From Candidatus Poseidoniales archaeon (lineage in GTDB: Archaea > Thermoplasmatota > Poseidoniia > Poseidoniales > Poseidoniaceae), in contig JAYQSB010000001.1 in NCBI GenBank assembly GCA_038146705.1, forward strand, positions 7,166 through 71,165: a DNA stretch of 64,000 bases, read 5' to 3'. Within the stretch, counting starts at the first letter, position 1, and each line of letters opens with the position of its first letter. Of this stretch, positions 17,290 to 25,805 are shown piece by piece. Under the pieces are notes generated by a model. That model saw only the letters and a program-made list of their open reading frames with translations. It had not been told where the DNA came from and made no database searches. A program made the translations under genes and the position numbers.

Positions 17290-19827
17290 ATGATGGGTTC
17301 AACAGGTACAACAGAAACTATTCATAGCAGCGTGATTGATTTCGCACCATATATTGTCCTCCTTCCAATGATTGCATTCCCAATCATTCTTCTTTTTGGA
17401 CGACTGTTTAATGGCAACAAGGTATGGATTTCAACCTTCAAAGAGGGCGGAATTTTCGCACTGGTTACCATGGCAACAAGCCTCCTCCTAGCCCTTTTGC
17501 TCATTAAAGACTACATTGGAGCCTATGGTGATGATAGTAAAAGTGCCCTTCATGTCTTCGACTGGTTTTCCTCTGCGATGTGGAATGGCGGAGCAACAAC
17601 AACCGAGATTTCATTTGGATTTGGCCTCTACATCGACCACATCACCGTTATGTTGTTGTTCATTGCATCTTTCCTTTGCTTGCTCATCAACACCTTTGCA
17701 ATCGGATACATGAACACCGACCCAATCAACGATAACCGAAATCATCGTTTCTATGCTGAATTCGTGCTCTTTTGTGCAGGAATGCTCGGTATGATTCTTG
17801 CTGATTCATTCCTTTGGTTGTTCATTTTCTGGGAATTGATGGGTCTCTGTTCCTACTTGCTTATCGGCTTCTATTACGAACGCCCAAGTGCAGCATATGC
17901 CGCCAAGAAAGCCTTCCTCACAACCCGTGTTGGTGACGTATTCCTCATGGTCGGCCTTGCTATGCTTTGGCATTTGTTTGGTTCACTCGATTACGCAGTC
18001 GTCTTTGATTCAGATAACATCGCTGCCGTTGACCCTGCCTCTCTTCAGTGGGCTCTTGGAATGATGTTTATCGGAGCTGTTGGTAAATCTGCACAATTCC
18101 CACTGCATGTCTGGCTACCAGATGCAATGGAAGGTCCAACACCTGTATCTGCTCTCATTCACGCAGCAACAATGGTGAACGCAGGTCTATACCTCGTCGC
18201 TCGAATGTTCCCATTCTTTGGTGCTGAAGCAATGCATGGTGAACTTGTTGACCTCGCCTTCATTATCGCAAGCATTGGTGGAATCACCGCTGTGATGGCT
18301 GCAAGCATTGCCTTTGTTCAGATGGACCTCAAGAAGGTACTTGCCTATTCCACCATGTCTCAACTTGCCTACATCTTTACAGGCCTTGGCTGTGCATTGT
18401 GGCTAGCAAACTCACTCGACTGGCATCACGACGATGACGCACATTACATCGTGATTATCGCCTTTGGTGCAGCTCTTTTCCATCTCTTCAATCACGCAAT
18501 GGCCAAGGGTATGCTCTTCATGGCAAGTGGTGCGGTGATTCATGAAGTTCATCATGCACACCATCACCTGCATCATGATGACCACCACCACACACCCAAG
18601 GAACTCTATATGTTGTCAGATTATTTGGTTTCAAAGAAATTAAGCACGTTTGAATTTTTCAAAACCATTGACCTCGATGGCTCGGGAGAAATTGACATGT
18701 TTGAATTCCAGACAGCGCTAAAGAATACAGAGGTTGCAGATCTTCCACCATGGGAAATGGGCGACCTCATGAAAGCGATTGACCTTGACGGCAACGGCAC
18801 AATCAATGTTCCAGAACTTGATATTGTTCTTGCAAAAATCAAGGGGAAAACCTACGAAGAACACGAACACGATGACCATCATGACGACCACTTCGATGCA
18901 CAATCGATGGAAAATATGGGAGGATTAGCTTCCAAGATGCCAATCACGGCTACGGCAATGCTCGTTGGTTCTCTCTCAATCATGGGTTTCCCTCTCATCG
19001 GTGGATTTTGGTCCAAGGAAGGCATCATTGCTAACGCATGGCGAGTAGGCCTTGAAGACCCACGATTCTTCTTCCCTGCAGCATGTGTTCTCCTTGGTGC
19101 AGCTATGACTGGATTTTACATGTCGAGAATGTGGCTCAAAACCTTTGCAGGCTCACCAAACAACGACGTTGCAGCACATGTCGGTCCAACGAACACTTGG
19201 ATCAAAATCCCACTCTTTACCCTCACCTTTGTGACCTTGGGTGGAATCCTCTTCGCAGGTATGGGCTTTACCCACTGGGCACCAGATTCTGGATACGCCC
19301 TCATGTCTGAGAAGGGGCTCTTTGAAGGAATTGGATACGAACTTGGGCATGCGTTTGCCAACCATGATATGTTCTTCTTCACTTTAACATACATCGCCAT
19401 ATTCCTTGGTGCAATAGTCGGACCTGGTCTAGCACTCTCACTCTACGGTGGAGCCTTGGATGAAGGCGAAACAGCAAAACCATGGTTCACACCAATTTTG
19501 ATGCTCAATGCAGCAATCAAAGGGCGTTATTCTTGGGATAACTCTGCTTTTGCAACCTCAAGTCTTTCAAGAGCCTTGCAAAATCGATTGTATTTTGACC
19601 ACTATTACGATATGGCGATGCTCAAGATTGTAGCAGCGTTTTCGCTCAAGGCAGCCCATGCAGATAGCAAATTCATCGACGGAGCAATCAAAACCATTGA
19701 ATCCACATCGCAAAGTGCTTCGACATCGTTGAGAAAATTGACCACTGGTTCAGCACGGGATTACATCCTCATGGCCGCAGTTGGTACGCTGATGTTGTTT
19801 GCTCTTATTTGGGGGGTGATGGCTTGA
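17290..19827 (+). CDS. nuoL: NADH-quinone oxidoreductase subunit L with inserted His-rich/EF-hand module
   Basis: FPLHVWLPDAMEGPTPVSALIHAATMVNAGLYLVAR and FWELMGLCSYLLIGF motifs of NuoL/ND5. 845 aa. The insertion is described in the findings. Confidence 0.92.
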   Translation: MMGSTGTTETIHSSVIDFAPYIVLLPMIAFPIILLFGRLFNGNKVWISTFKEGGIFALVTMATSLLLALLLIKDYIGAYGDDSKSALHVFDWFSSAMWNGGATTTEISFGFGLYIDHITVMLLFIASFLCLLINTFAIGYMNTDPINDNRNHRFYAEFVLFCAGMLGMILADSFLWLFIFWELMGLCSYLLIGFYYERPSAAYAAKKAFLTTRVGDVFLMVGLAMLWHLFGSLDYAVVFDSDNIAAVDPASLQWALGMMFIGAVGKSAQFPLHVWLPDAMEGPTPVSALIHAATMVNAGLYLVARMFPFFGAEAMHGELVDLAFIIASIGGITAVMAASIAFVQMDLKKVLAYSTMSQLAYIFTGLGCALWLANSLDWHHDDDAHYIVIIAFGAALFHLFNHAMAKGMLFMASGAVIHEVHHAHHHLHHDDHHHTPKELYMLSDYLVSKKLSTFEFFKTIDLDGSGEIDMFEFQTALKNTEVADLPPWEMGDLMKAIDLDGNGTINVPELDIVLAKIKGKTYEEHEHDDHHDDHFDAQSMENMGGLASKMPITATAMLVGSLSIMGFPLIGGFWSKEGIIANAWRVGLEDPRFFFPAACVLLGAAMTGFYMSRMWLKTFAGSPNNDVAAHVGPTNTWIKIPLFTLTFVTLGGILFAGMGFTHWAPDSGYALMSEKGLFEGIGYELGHAFANHDMFFFTLTYIAIFLGAIVGPGLALSLYGGALDEGETAKPWFTPILMLNAAIKGRYSWDNSAFATSSLSRALQNRLYFDHYYDMAMLKIVAAFSLKAAHADSKFIDGAIKTIESTSQSASTSLRKLTTGSARDYILMAAVGTLMLFALIWGVMA

Positions 19828-21464
19828 CCGATTACATTTCTTTACCACTCATCGCTTTCCCACTTGCTTCAAGTTTGATTTTACTCATGTTTGTGTCAAA
19901 CTTAACAGAAGAGACCAAACAGCGCGTTGGGCCAATTATTCGAATGGCTTCACTCATCTTTTCACTCATCATGCTTGCATTAACTACAGGCATGTTCTTC
20001 GAATACTTTGGTGATTTTGAAGGATGGGAAGGCATTAATTTCAACACATATGAATTCCAAGAACGATATCTGTGGATTGAATCATTAGGAATTTACTGGA
20101 GTGTCGGACTTGACGCTCTTTCCTTCCCAATGGTGTGGCTCACAACCTTCCTTCTCCCAGTGACGATTATTGCGACATGGCATGAAAAATCAGCAGCGAC
20201 GTATTTCCCGCTTCTTCTCATGATGGGTGGTGCACTGATCGGAGTTTTCGTTGCACTCGACCTGTTTATGTTCTATGTGTTCTGGGAATTAACCTTGATT
20301 CCGATGTTTTTCCTCATCCTCAAATGGGGTGGAGATGATCGCAAGTATGCGTCTCAAAAGTTCTTCATTTACACTTTTTCAGCATCCGTTATCATGTTGC
20401 TTGGTTTAGTAACATTGTATTTCTTACAAGATACAACCACACCGCTAAACTATGCTGGCTCCATGACCAGCAGGTCGTTTGACATTCCAACGATTATCGA
20501 TGCATCGATGATTGCAAATACAAACGGTTGGTTCTTAGGCGAAAGCGTTCAGAAAATTCTCTTCGTCATGCTCATGCTCGGATTCCTCGTCAAACTTCCA
20601 TCTGTACCATTCCATACTTGGTTACCAGATGCACACGTCCAAGCCCCAACAGGTGGTTCTATGTTGCTTGCTGGGGTCATGTTGAAAATGGGTGCATACG
20701 GTATGTTCCGACTGCCGTTTTCGCTCTTCCCTCATGCAATGGAATCATTCCAACTTGCCCTTATGTTGTTTGGTATGGTATCACTTGTTTGGGGTGCGAT
20801 TGTCTGTCTTGGACAAACCAATCTCAAGAAAATGGTTGCATACTCCTCGGTATCTCACATGGGTGTCATTCTCATCGGTGTTGCGACCATGCAACCGCTT
20901 GGGTGGGCTGCAGCTCTTTTCATGATGTTTGCACACGGTATCATCAGTCCGATGCTCTTCGCTGTTTGTGGTGCATTCAAGCATCATTATCATTCGATGG
21001 AGATTGGTGCTATGCGAGGTATGGCAAAACATTCGCCTTGGCTCGCCACCTCGATGATGTTCGCTTGGATGGCATCACTTGGATTACCTCTTCTCGCAGG
21101 GTTCGTGGCTGAAATCATGATGTTCATCGCACTTTGGTACTTCATCGTTGCAGAAGGTTGGAGTATTTGGTGGATGGCTGGTCCTTTGCTCGTTCTTGTC
21201 GTTACAGCAGCGTACTATCTATGGTCCATGCAACGCACAATTTTCGAAGGTGGAGAGGTGACACAACCACCTGCATCAATGGAAGGCCATGCGATACCAG
21301 ACATCACAAACGCTGAGAAATTTGCAATGCTTCTTCTCGCTCTTTTCACAATCCTCTTTGGTATCTTGCCATGGATTGCTCTCGATATGATGAGCGATTG
21401 GACAAACCAAATGTTTGATTCAGTCATCTTGCCTATACTTGGTGGATTTGAAGGAGGTGCCTGA
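19809..21464 (+). CDS. nuoM: NADH-quinone oxidoreductase subunit M
   Basis: PFHTWLPDAHVQAPTGGSMLLAGVMLKMGAYG motif of NuoM/ND4. TTG start overlaps the nuoL end, so the exact start is uncertain. Confidence 0.9.
   Translation: MGGDGLTDYISLPLIAFPLASSLILLMFVSNLTEETKQRVGPIIRMASLIFSLIMLALTTGMFFEYFGDFEGWEGINFNTYEFQERYLWIESLGIYWSVGLDALSFPMVWLTTFLLPVTIIATWHEKSAATYFPLLLMMGGALIGVFVALDLFMFYVFWELTLIPMFFLILKWGGDDRKYASQKFFIYTFSASVIMLLGLVTLYFLQDTTTPLNYAGSMTSRSFDIPTIIDASMIANTNGWFLGESVQKILFVMLMLGFLVKLPSVPFHTWLPDAHVQAPTGGSMLLAGVMLKMGAYGMFRLPFSLFPHAMESFQLALMLFGMVSLVWGAIVCLGQTNLKKMVAYSSVSHMGVILIGVATMQPLGWAAALFMMFAHGIISPMLFAVCGAFKHHYHSMEIGAMRGMAKHSPWLATSMMFAWMASLGLPLLAGFVAEIMMFIALWYFIVAEGWSIWWMAGPLLVLVVTAAYYLWSMQRTIFEGGEVTQPPASMEGHAIPDITNAEKFAMLLLALFTILFGILPWIALDMMSDWTNQMFDSVILPILGGFEGGA
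21453..21459 (+). promoter_or_regulatory. Shine-Dalgarno site GGAGGTG before nuoN
   Basis: Lies 6 nt upstream of the ATG at 21466. The nuoM stop is at 21462..21464. Confidence 0.65.
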
Positions 21465-21465
21465 G

Positions 21466-23196
21466 ATGAGCAATGCATCAACAAAAACTATGCAACCATT
21501 TGGTGAAGGCTTCGTTGAAGCATTTGCCCCAGAGATGACTATTTTTGTCGGTTTACTCGTTCTCATCATCGTTCCAAACCTTGGTGATGGAAAATTTAGA
21601 TTACCTCTCACAAATATTCGTCTACCTTGGTTCTTTGGCGGAAATCGTAGCAAGTTTGAGCAAAATCCACACCTACCGGGTCTACTCGCCTCTGTCTTTG
21701 CCTCAATTGCCTTCATTCTGACGCTATTGTCCTTTGTGGGCGGTATGCACAGCGTTGAGGTGACTTCCGCTTCAGGACACAACCTTCTCACCATCAACGA
21801 ATTTAGTCGTCTGTTTGAACTTATTTTCTTCGGGGCTATTGCACTTGCGTGCATCGCTTCAATGAATCGACTCGCTCCGTATCCATCAAGCGATCGAACG
21901 GCTCAAGGCCTCTACAACAACCGAAGGCAAGCGGACTTCTACATTCTGATGATGACAACAGCAATCGGTATGTCCATCGTCGCTCTTTCTCAAGACCTGT
22001 TCTTCTTGTTCATCGGTCTTGAATTGGCGTCATTCTCTACATATATCCTGGTCAGTTTCCTCAAAGAAAGTGAAGAGGGTACAGAAGCGGGAATGAAGTA
22101 TTTCATCGTCGGTTCAGTCGCTTCAGGTGTCGGTTTGTATGGATTGTCACTTCTGTACCTTTGGTCAGGTTCACTCCAATTCGATGTCCTTAGTGACAAA
22201 TTTGCTGCTGATGGATTGGATGCACTCCCACTCATTGCTCTTGGTTTTATTCTCGTCGGCTTTGGTTTCAAGGTGAGTGCAGCACCGTTCCACTTTGCAG
22301 CACCTGACGCCTACGCAGGCTCGATGAGCCCAATTGCTGGTGTACTTGCAACTGCAAGCAAAGCGATGGGAATGGTTGGTCTAATTCGAATCCTTCTCGT
22401 TCTAGCCTCGCCTGACATGTCGGATGATGGTACGGTTTGGCTTGTCGCCCTCGGTGTGTTTTCTGTCGTGACGATGACATGGGGAAATATTGCCGCTCTT
22501 GGCTCGACGAATCCAAAACGAATGCTCGCATACTCGTCAGTCGCCCATGCTGGATATATGCTTGCAGCACTTACAGCCGTGGGTGCATGGAATTGGAGTG
22601 AATCACTTTCGGGTGATGCAGCCGAAGCAGCAGCAATGGTACTTACTGCCTTAATGTTCCACATGATCGTCCTTGTTTGTTTCAAACTAGGTGCATTTTT
22701 AGTCATCTCAATCCTTGAACAAGAAGGAGGTGGCCACACACTCGAGTCACTTGGTGGATTAGCAAAGAGAGAACCGTTCCTTGCCGTAACCATGTTCATC
22801 TTCATGTTGTCACTTGCTGGCGTCCCTCCACTCGCAGGCTTCATGTCAAAATTACTCGTGATTATGGGTATTGTTAAAGTTGCAGCAGGTGATATTGGGG
22901 CTGCAATAGCAAACGGAGAATCAATTTCATTCTCTGATATTCACTGGGTTTGGTATCTTGCACTCATCATGGTCATCAATTCTGCAATCTCCGTATATTA
23001 TTACCTTCGAGTGGGTATTGTTATGTTCTTCCATGATGCTCCAGAAGGCAAGACACTCTTGCCGCAAGGTAACTCTGTTCGACTTGCTATCATCGCATGT
23101 CTAACTCTGACACTTTACTTTGGTATTTCATCCGACGGCCTCATCGAAGTTTGCCAAAGTGCTGCTGATGCATTACAGGCATCCTGGCAGAACTAA
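21466..23196 (+). CDS. nuoN: NADH-quinone oxidoreductase subunit N
   Basis: APFHFAAPDAYAGSMSPIAGVLATASK motif of NuoN/ND2. Start chosen at the SD-preceded ATG 21466 rather than the ORF-track start 21415, which lies inside nuoM. Confidence 0.9.
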   Translation: MSNASTKTMQPFGEGFVEAFAPEMTIFVGLLVLIIVPNLGDGKFRLPLTNIRLPWFFGGNRSKFEQNPHLPGLLASVFASIAFILTLLSFVGGMHSVEVTSASGHNLLTINEFSRLFELIFFGAIALACIASMNRLAPYPSSDRTAQGLYNNRRQADFYILMMTTAIGMSIVALSQDLFFLFIGLELASFSTYILVSFLKESEEGTEAGMKYFIVGSVASGVGLYGLSLLYLWSGSLQFDVLSDKFAADGLDALPLIALGFILVGFGFKVSAAPFHFAAPDAYAGSMSPIAGVLATASKAMGMVGLIRILLVLASPDMSDDGTVWLVALGVFSVVTMTWGNIAALGSTNPKRMLAYSSVAHAGYMLAALTAVGAWNWSESLSGDAAEAAAMVLTALMFHMIVLVCFKLGAFLVISILEQEGGGHTLESLGGLAKREPFLAVTMFIFMLSLAGVPPLAGFMSKLLVIMGIVKVAAGDIGAAIANGESISFSDIHWVWYLALIMVINSAISVYYYLRVGIVMFFHDAPEGKTLLPQGNSVRLAIIACLTLTLYFGISSDGLIEVCQSAADALQASWQN

Positions 23197-23268
23197 CCTG
23201 AAAATCACGTGTAAATCATGTGATGACTTCAAGAGGGGTTGTCGTTTGGAGGTAAATGGTGAGCGTTC

Positions 23269-24042
23269 TTGGGTAGAAGGCATGAAGAAAAAGTCGATGC
23301 AGAGGAACTTGCACGACTTGAAGAGGATGGAGGTCAAGGTGAGACCAACATTCGTGTCAAAATGCCAGACAAGCGAATCAATGAAATGTTCGCTCTAGCA
23401 AAACAAATTCTTGGGGGTCGCCGAGTAACCGTACTCTGTGAAGATGGCGAAGAGCGAATGGCAAGAATTCCCGGGAAAATGCGACGTAGGCAATGGGTCC
23501 GTGAAAACGATTTGATTATTGTGTGGCCATGGGATTTTCAACCATCAAAAGCAGATGTAAAACACCGTTATACGAAAACTCAAGCAATGTACCTCTCCCG
23601 TAAGGGTCTATTAAACGAGGTCGTCGATGATTTCGGCATGGATGTTAGGGTTGAAGAGGAGGGTGATGACGACCTCTTCGCCTCCAGCGTCATGCCTCTT
23701 GAAGAAGAAGATGATGAGATGTTCTCCGAGGGCCAAGATGATATGGCTGCTTCTGATGAAGATGAAGACGATTTGTTTGCAGCTGATGACAATGAAGATG
23801 ATATGTTTGCATCTGGTGACGAAGAAGATGATTTATTTGCACCTGATGATGAAGATGACGACATCTTTGCGGAAAACAACGAATCAGAAGCAGATACGAG
23901 TGATTCATCAGCCGAAAATGCTCATGAGACCCCCGAGGAAGAAGAGGTCTTTGTCGTCAAAGAAGAGTATCCCGATGAAGAACATGCTTTAACGGAGTCA
24001 GACGACGATGATGATGACGATATCGATGCACTTTTTTCCTGA
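23269..24042 (+). CDS. eif1a: Translation initiation factor aIF-1A with a roughly 140-aa acidic repetitive C-terminal tail
   Basis: Core IRVKMPDKRINEMFALAKQILGGRRVTVLCEDGEERMARIPGKMRRRQWVRENDLIIVWPWDF...HRYTKTQAMYLSRKGLL aligns by eye with archaeal aIF-1A (S1/OB fold). TTG start with GGAGGT upstream. Confidence 0.9.
   Translation: MGRRHEEKVDAEELARLEEDGGQGETNIRVKMPDKRINEMFALAKQILGGRRVTVLCEDGEERMARIPGKMRRRQWVRENDLIIVWPWDFQPSKADVKHRYTKTQAMYLSRKGLLNEVVDDFGMDVRVEEEGDDDLFASSVMPLEEEDDEMFSEGQDDMAASDEDEDDLFAADDNEDDMFASGDEEDDLFAPDDEDDDIFAENNESEADTSDSSAENAHETPEEEEVFVVKEEYPDEEHALTESDDDDDDDIDALFS
23764..23883 (+). repeat. Four tandem 30-nt (10-codon) imperfect repeats inside the aIF-1A tail
   Basis: Units gaagacgatttgtttgcagctgatgacaat, gaagatgatatgtttgcatctggtgacgaa, gaagatgatttatttgcacctgatgatgaa and gatgacgacatctttgcggaaaacaacgaa encode EDDLFAADDN, EDDMFASGDE, EDDLFAPDDE and DDDIFAENNE. 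Confidence 0.85.
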
Positions 24043-24061
24043 AACACTATGAGGCTCAATT

Positions 24062-25030
24062 ATGGGCGTCGATGAACACTGGGATGAGATACGTCCACGT
24101 CCAAGGAAAGGAAAGAAGAAAAAGAAATATTCATCTGAAGAAGAACGACTGGATGCTGAGTTCATCGAAGCTGAAGGAGCAAAGTTTGTCAAATCGCTTG
24201 AAACAGAAGCAGGAACATTTTCTTGGATGAAGGAAAAGCGTTTCAGTTCAATGTTTAATGAAATTGAATCTGGTATACAAGGCGTGTTAGGCAAAGGACA
24301 ATTTGAGTGGGTTGACCGCCGTGTTTTCGACCAAGTTTTCGATCGGTTAACGCTTATGGCTTTATTCAAATTGATGAAAAATGGTGTTGTTGATACCATT
24401 GATTACCCAATCGCCCGTGGAAAAGAAGCACATGTGTTTCATGGAACCTCGATTGAAGGAAAAGAGGTTGCAGTCAAAATTTTCCACACTTCAAATGCTG
24501 TTTTCAAAAATCTGGTTCAATATATTGAAGGTGATATGCGATTCAAGAATATTAAGAAAAAACACCGAGATCTTGTTGAAATATGGGTAAGAAAAGAGTT
24601 CCGAAATTTGACGCGGATGCAAAATTGGGGATTACAAGTTCCAGCCCCACTCGGTGTTCACAAGAATGTCCTCGTCATGGAATATGTTGGTACGGAAGAG
24701 GGTCCTTCACCTAAATTACGAGATATTGACATTGAACATCCAGCAGAAGTCTTTGCAGAACTCGTTGAATTTTTAGCCGTATCATGGCAATGCTCGGAAC
24801 TAGTGCATGGAGATTTTTCTCCGTACAATATCTTGTATCATCATGACCGTCCTGTGGTCATTGATGTTGGTCAAGCAGTTATTGCAAGTCACCCAAAAGC
24901 ACAAGAATTTCTTGTACGGGATGTCAAGAATTTAGTTGACTGGGCTCAAAAGATGGGCGTTGAAACCGATGTTGCAGAATGTATGTATGATGTCCTGAAT
25001 CTCGATGTTTCGAAGTATTCAATGAAATGA
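24062..25030 (+). CDS. rio1: RIO-type serine/threonine protein kinase (RIO1-like)
   Basis: ARGKEAHVFHG...VAVKIFHTS and LVHGDFSPYNILYHHDRPVVIDVGQAV motifs. Lies next to aIF-1A and a KH protein, a conserved archaeal neighbourhood. Confidence 0.9.
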   Translation: MGVDEHWDEIRPRPRKGKKKKKYSSEEERLDAEFIEAEGAKFVKSLETEAGTFSWMKEKRFSSMFNEIESGIQGVLGKGQFEWVDRRVFDQVFDRLTLMALFKLMKNGVVDTIDYPIARGKEAHVFHGTSIEGKEVAVKIFHTSNAVFKNLVQYIEGDMRFKNIKKKHRDLVEIWVRKEFRNLTRMQNWGLQVPAPLGVHKNVLVMEYVGTEEGPSPKLRDIDIEHPAEVFAELVEFLAVSWQCSELVHGDFSPYNILYHHDRPVVIDVGQAVIASHPKAQEFLVRDVKNLVDWAQKMGVETDVAECMYDVLNLDVSKYSMK

Positions 25031-25780
25031 TTATTCTTCTTCCCAGACGATTCGTTCATCGTCTGCAAGTTCCATAACTTCCTCGACTTCCTCGGGGTTC
25101 GTGGGGTCGACTTGTGACGCCTTCATCCGCCGATTTCGTCGTTCTGCTGCAAGGTCTAGACCTGGAACAAGGTCTTCGAATCTTTGTGTCGATGGGTCGA
25201 CAAATTCTTCACGGGTTTCAAGCATTTCAAGCGACCGACTTTGGATTCGAGCACGTCTCCTGTCCTTCTCCAAAAAATGAATGACACTTCCATGTTCTGA
25301 GCCTCCGGCGAGCATTTCTATGGCTTGGCGGGCCGAATACAATCCGTCTTCTTCTCCGATGATAACAACCGTAGAGTTGTAGATGCTGATTTCCGTATTC
25401 GTGAGTTGTTCAATCCTCGTTCGAATTTTCCCTTCCCTGCCAATAATTCGTGCTCGAATACGTCGTTGTTGATTTGAGCGTTTACCGACAAAGTCTCTGA
25501 GGTCCACCATTTCAAAAAAATGGTGATCATCCAATAAACGAATGGCGGAGTTCGGTGACATTCCACGGCCGATGGCCTTGATGACATCGGGTAGTTTCAG
25601 AGCCCGAACAGGATCGTATGACCCGCTTTCTCCCCAAATGACTTCCACATCACCGGATTCAGAGTCGACTTCGATGCGCTGGCAACCACACGCATCCCGT
25701 AAAGCCTTCACAGTCGTTCCTTTCGAACCAATGAGGACAGCGATTCTGTCCTTTGGAACGCGCGGAAGTGTCTGTCGCAT
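25031..25780 (-). CDS. KH-domain RNA-binding protein (archaeal Dim2/Pno1-like)
   Basis: Two KH-like segments, RIAVLIGSKGTTVKALRDACG and RARIIGREGKIRTRIEQLTN. Start set at M61 of the ORF (MRQTLPRV) because the longer ORF overlaps the end of the upstream same-strand gene. Confidence 0.8.
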   Translation of the reverse strand: MRQTLPRVPKDRIAVLIGSKGTTVKALRDACGCQRIEVDSESGDVEVIWGESGSYDPVRALKLPDVIKAIGRGMSPNSAIRLLDDHHFFEMVDLRDFVGKRSNQQRRIRARIIGREGKIRTRIEQLTNTEISIYNSTVVIIGEEDGLYSARQAIEMLAGGSEHGSVIHFLEKDRRRARIQSRSLEMLETREEFVDPSTQRFEDLVPGLDLAAERRNRRMKASQVDPTNPEEVEEVMELADDERIVWEEE

Positions 25781-25805
25781 AGTGTCACGGAATCGCTTTT
25801 GTTTT

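Noticed and set aside
20528-21112. 194-aa alternative-frame ORF within nuoM.
   Set aside because: It is an overlapping same-strand frame with Cys/Arg/Trp-rich, non-protein-like composition. The nuoM frame carries the conserved motifs.
23204-23224. Imperfect inverted repeat ATCACGTG-TAAAT-CATGTGAT just after the nuoN stop.
   Set aside because: The stem has only 7 of 8 matching positions and there is no adjacent oligo-T. That is too weak to call either a terminator or an operator without comparative data.
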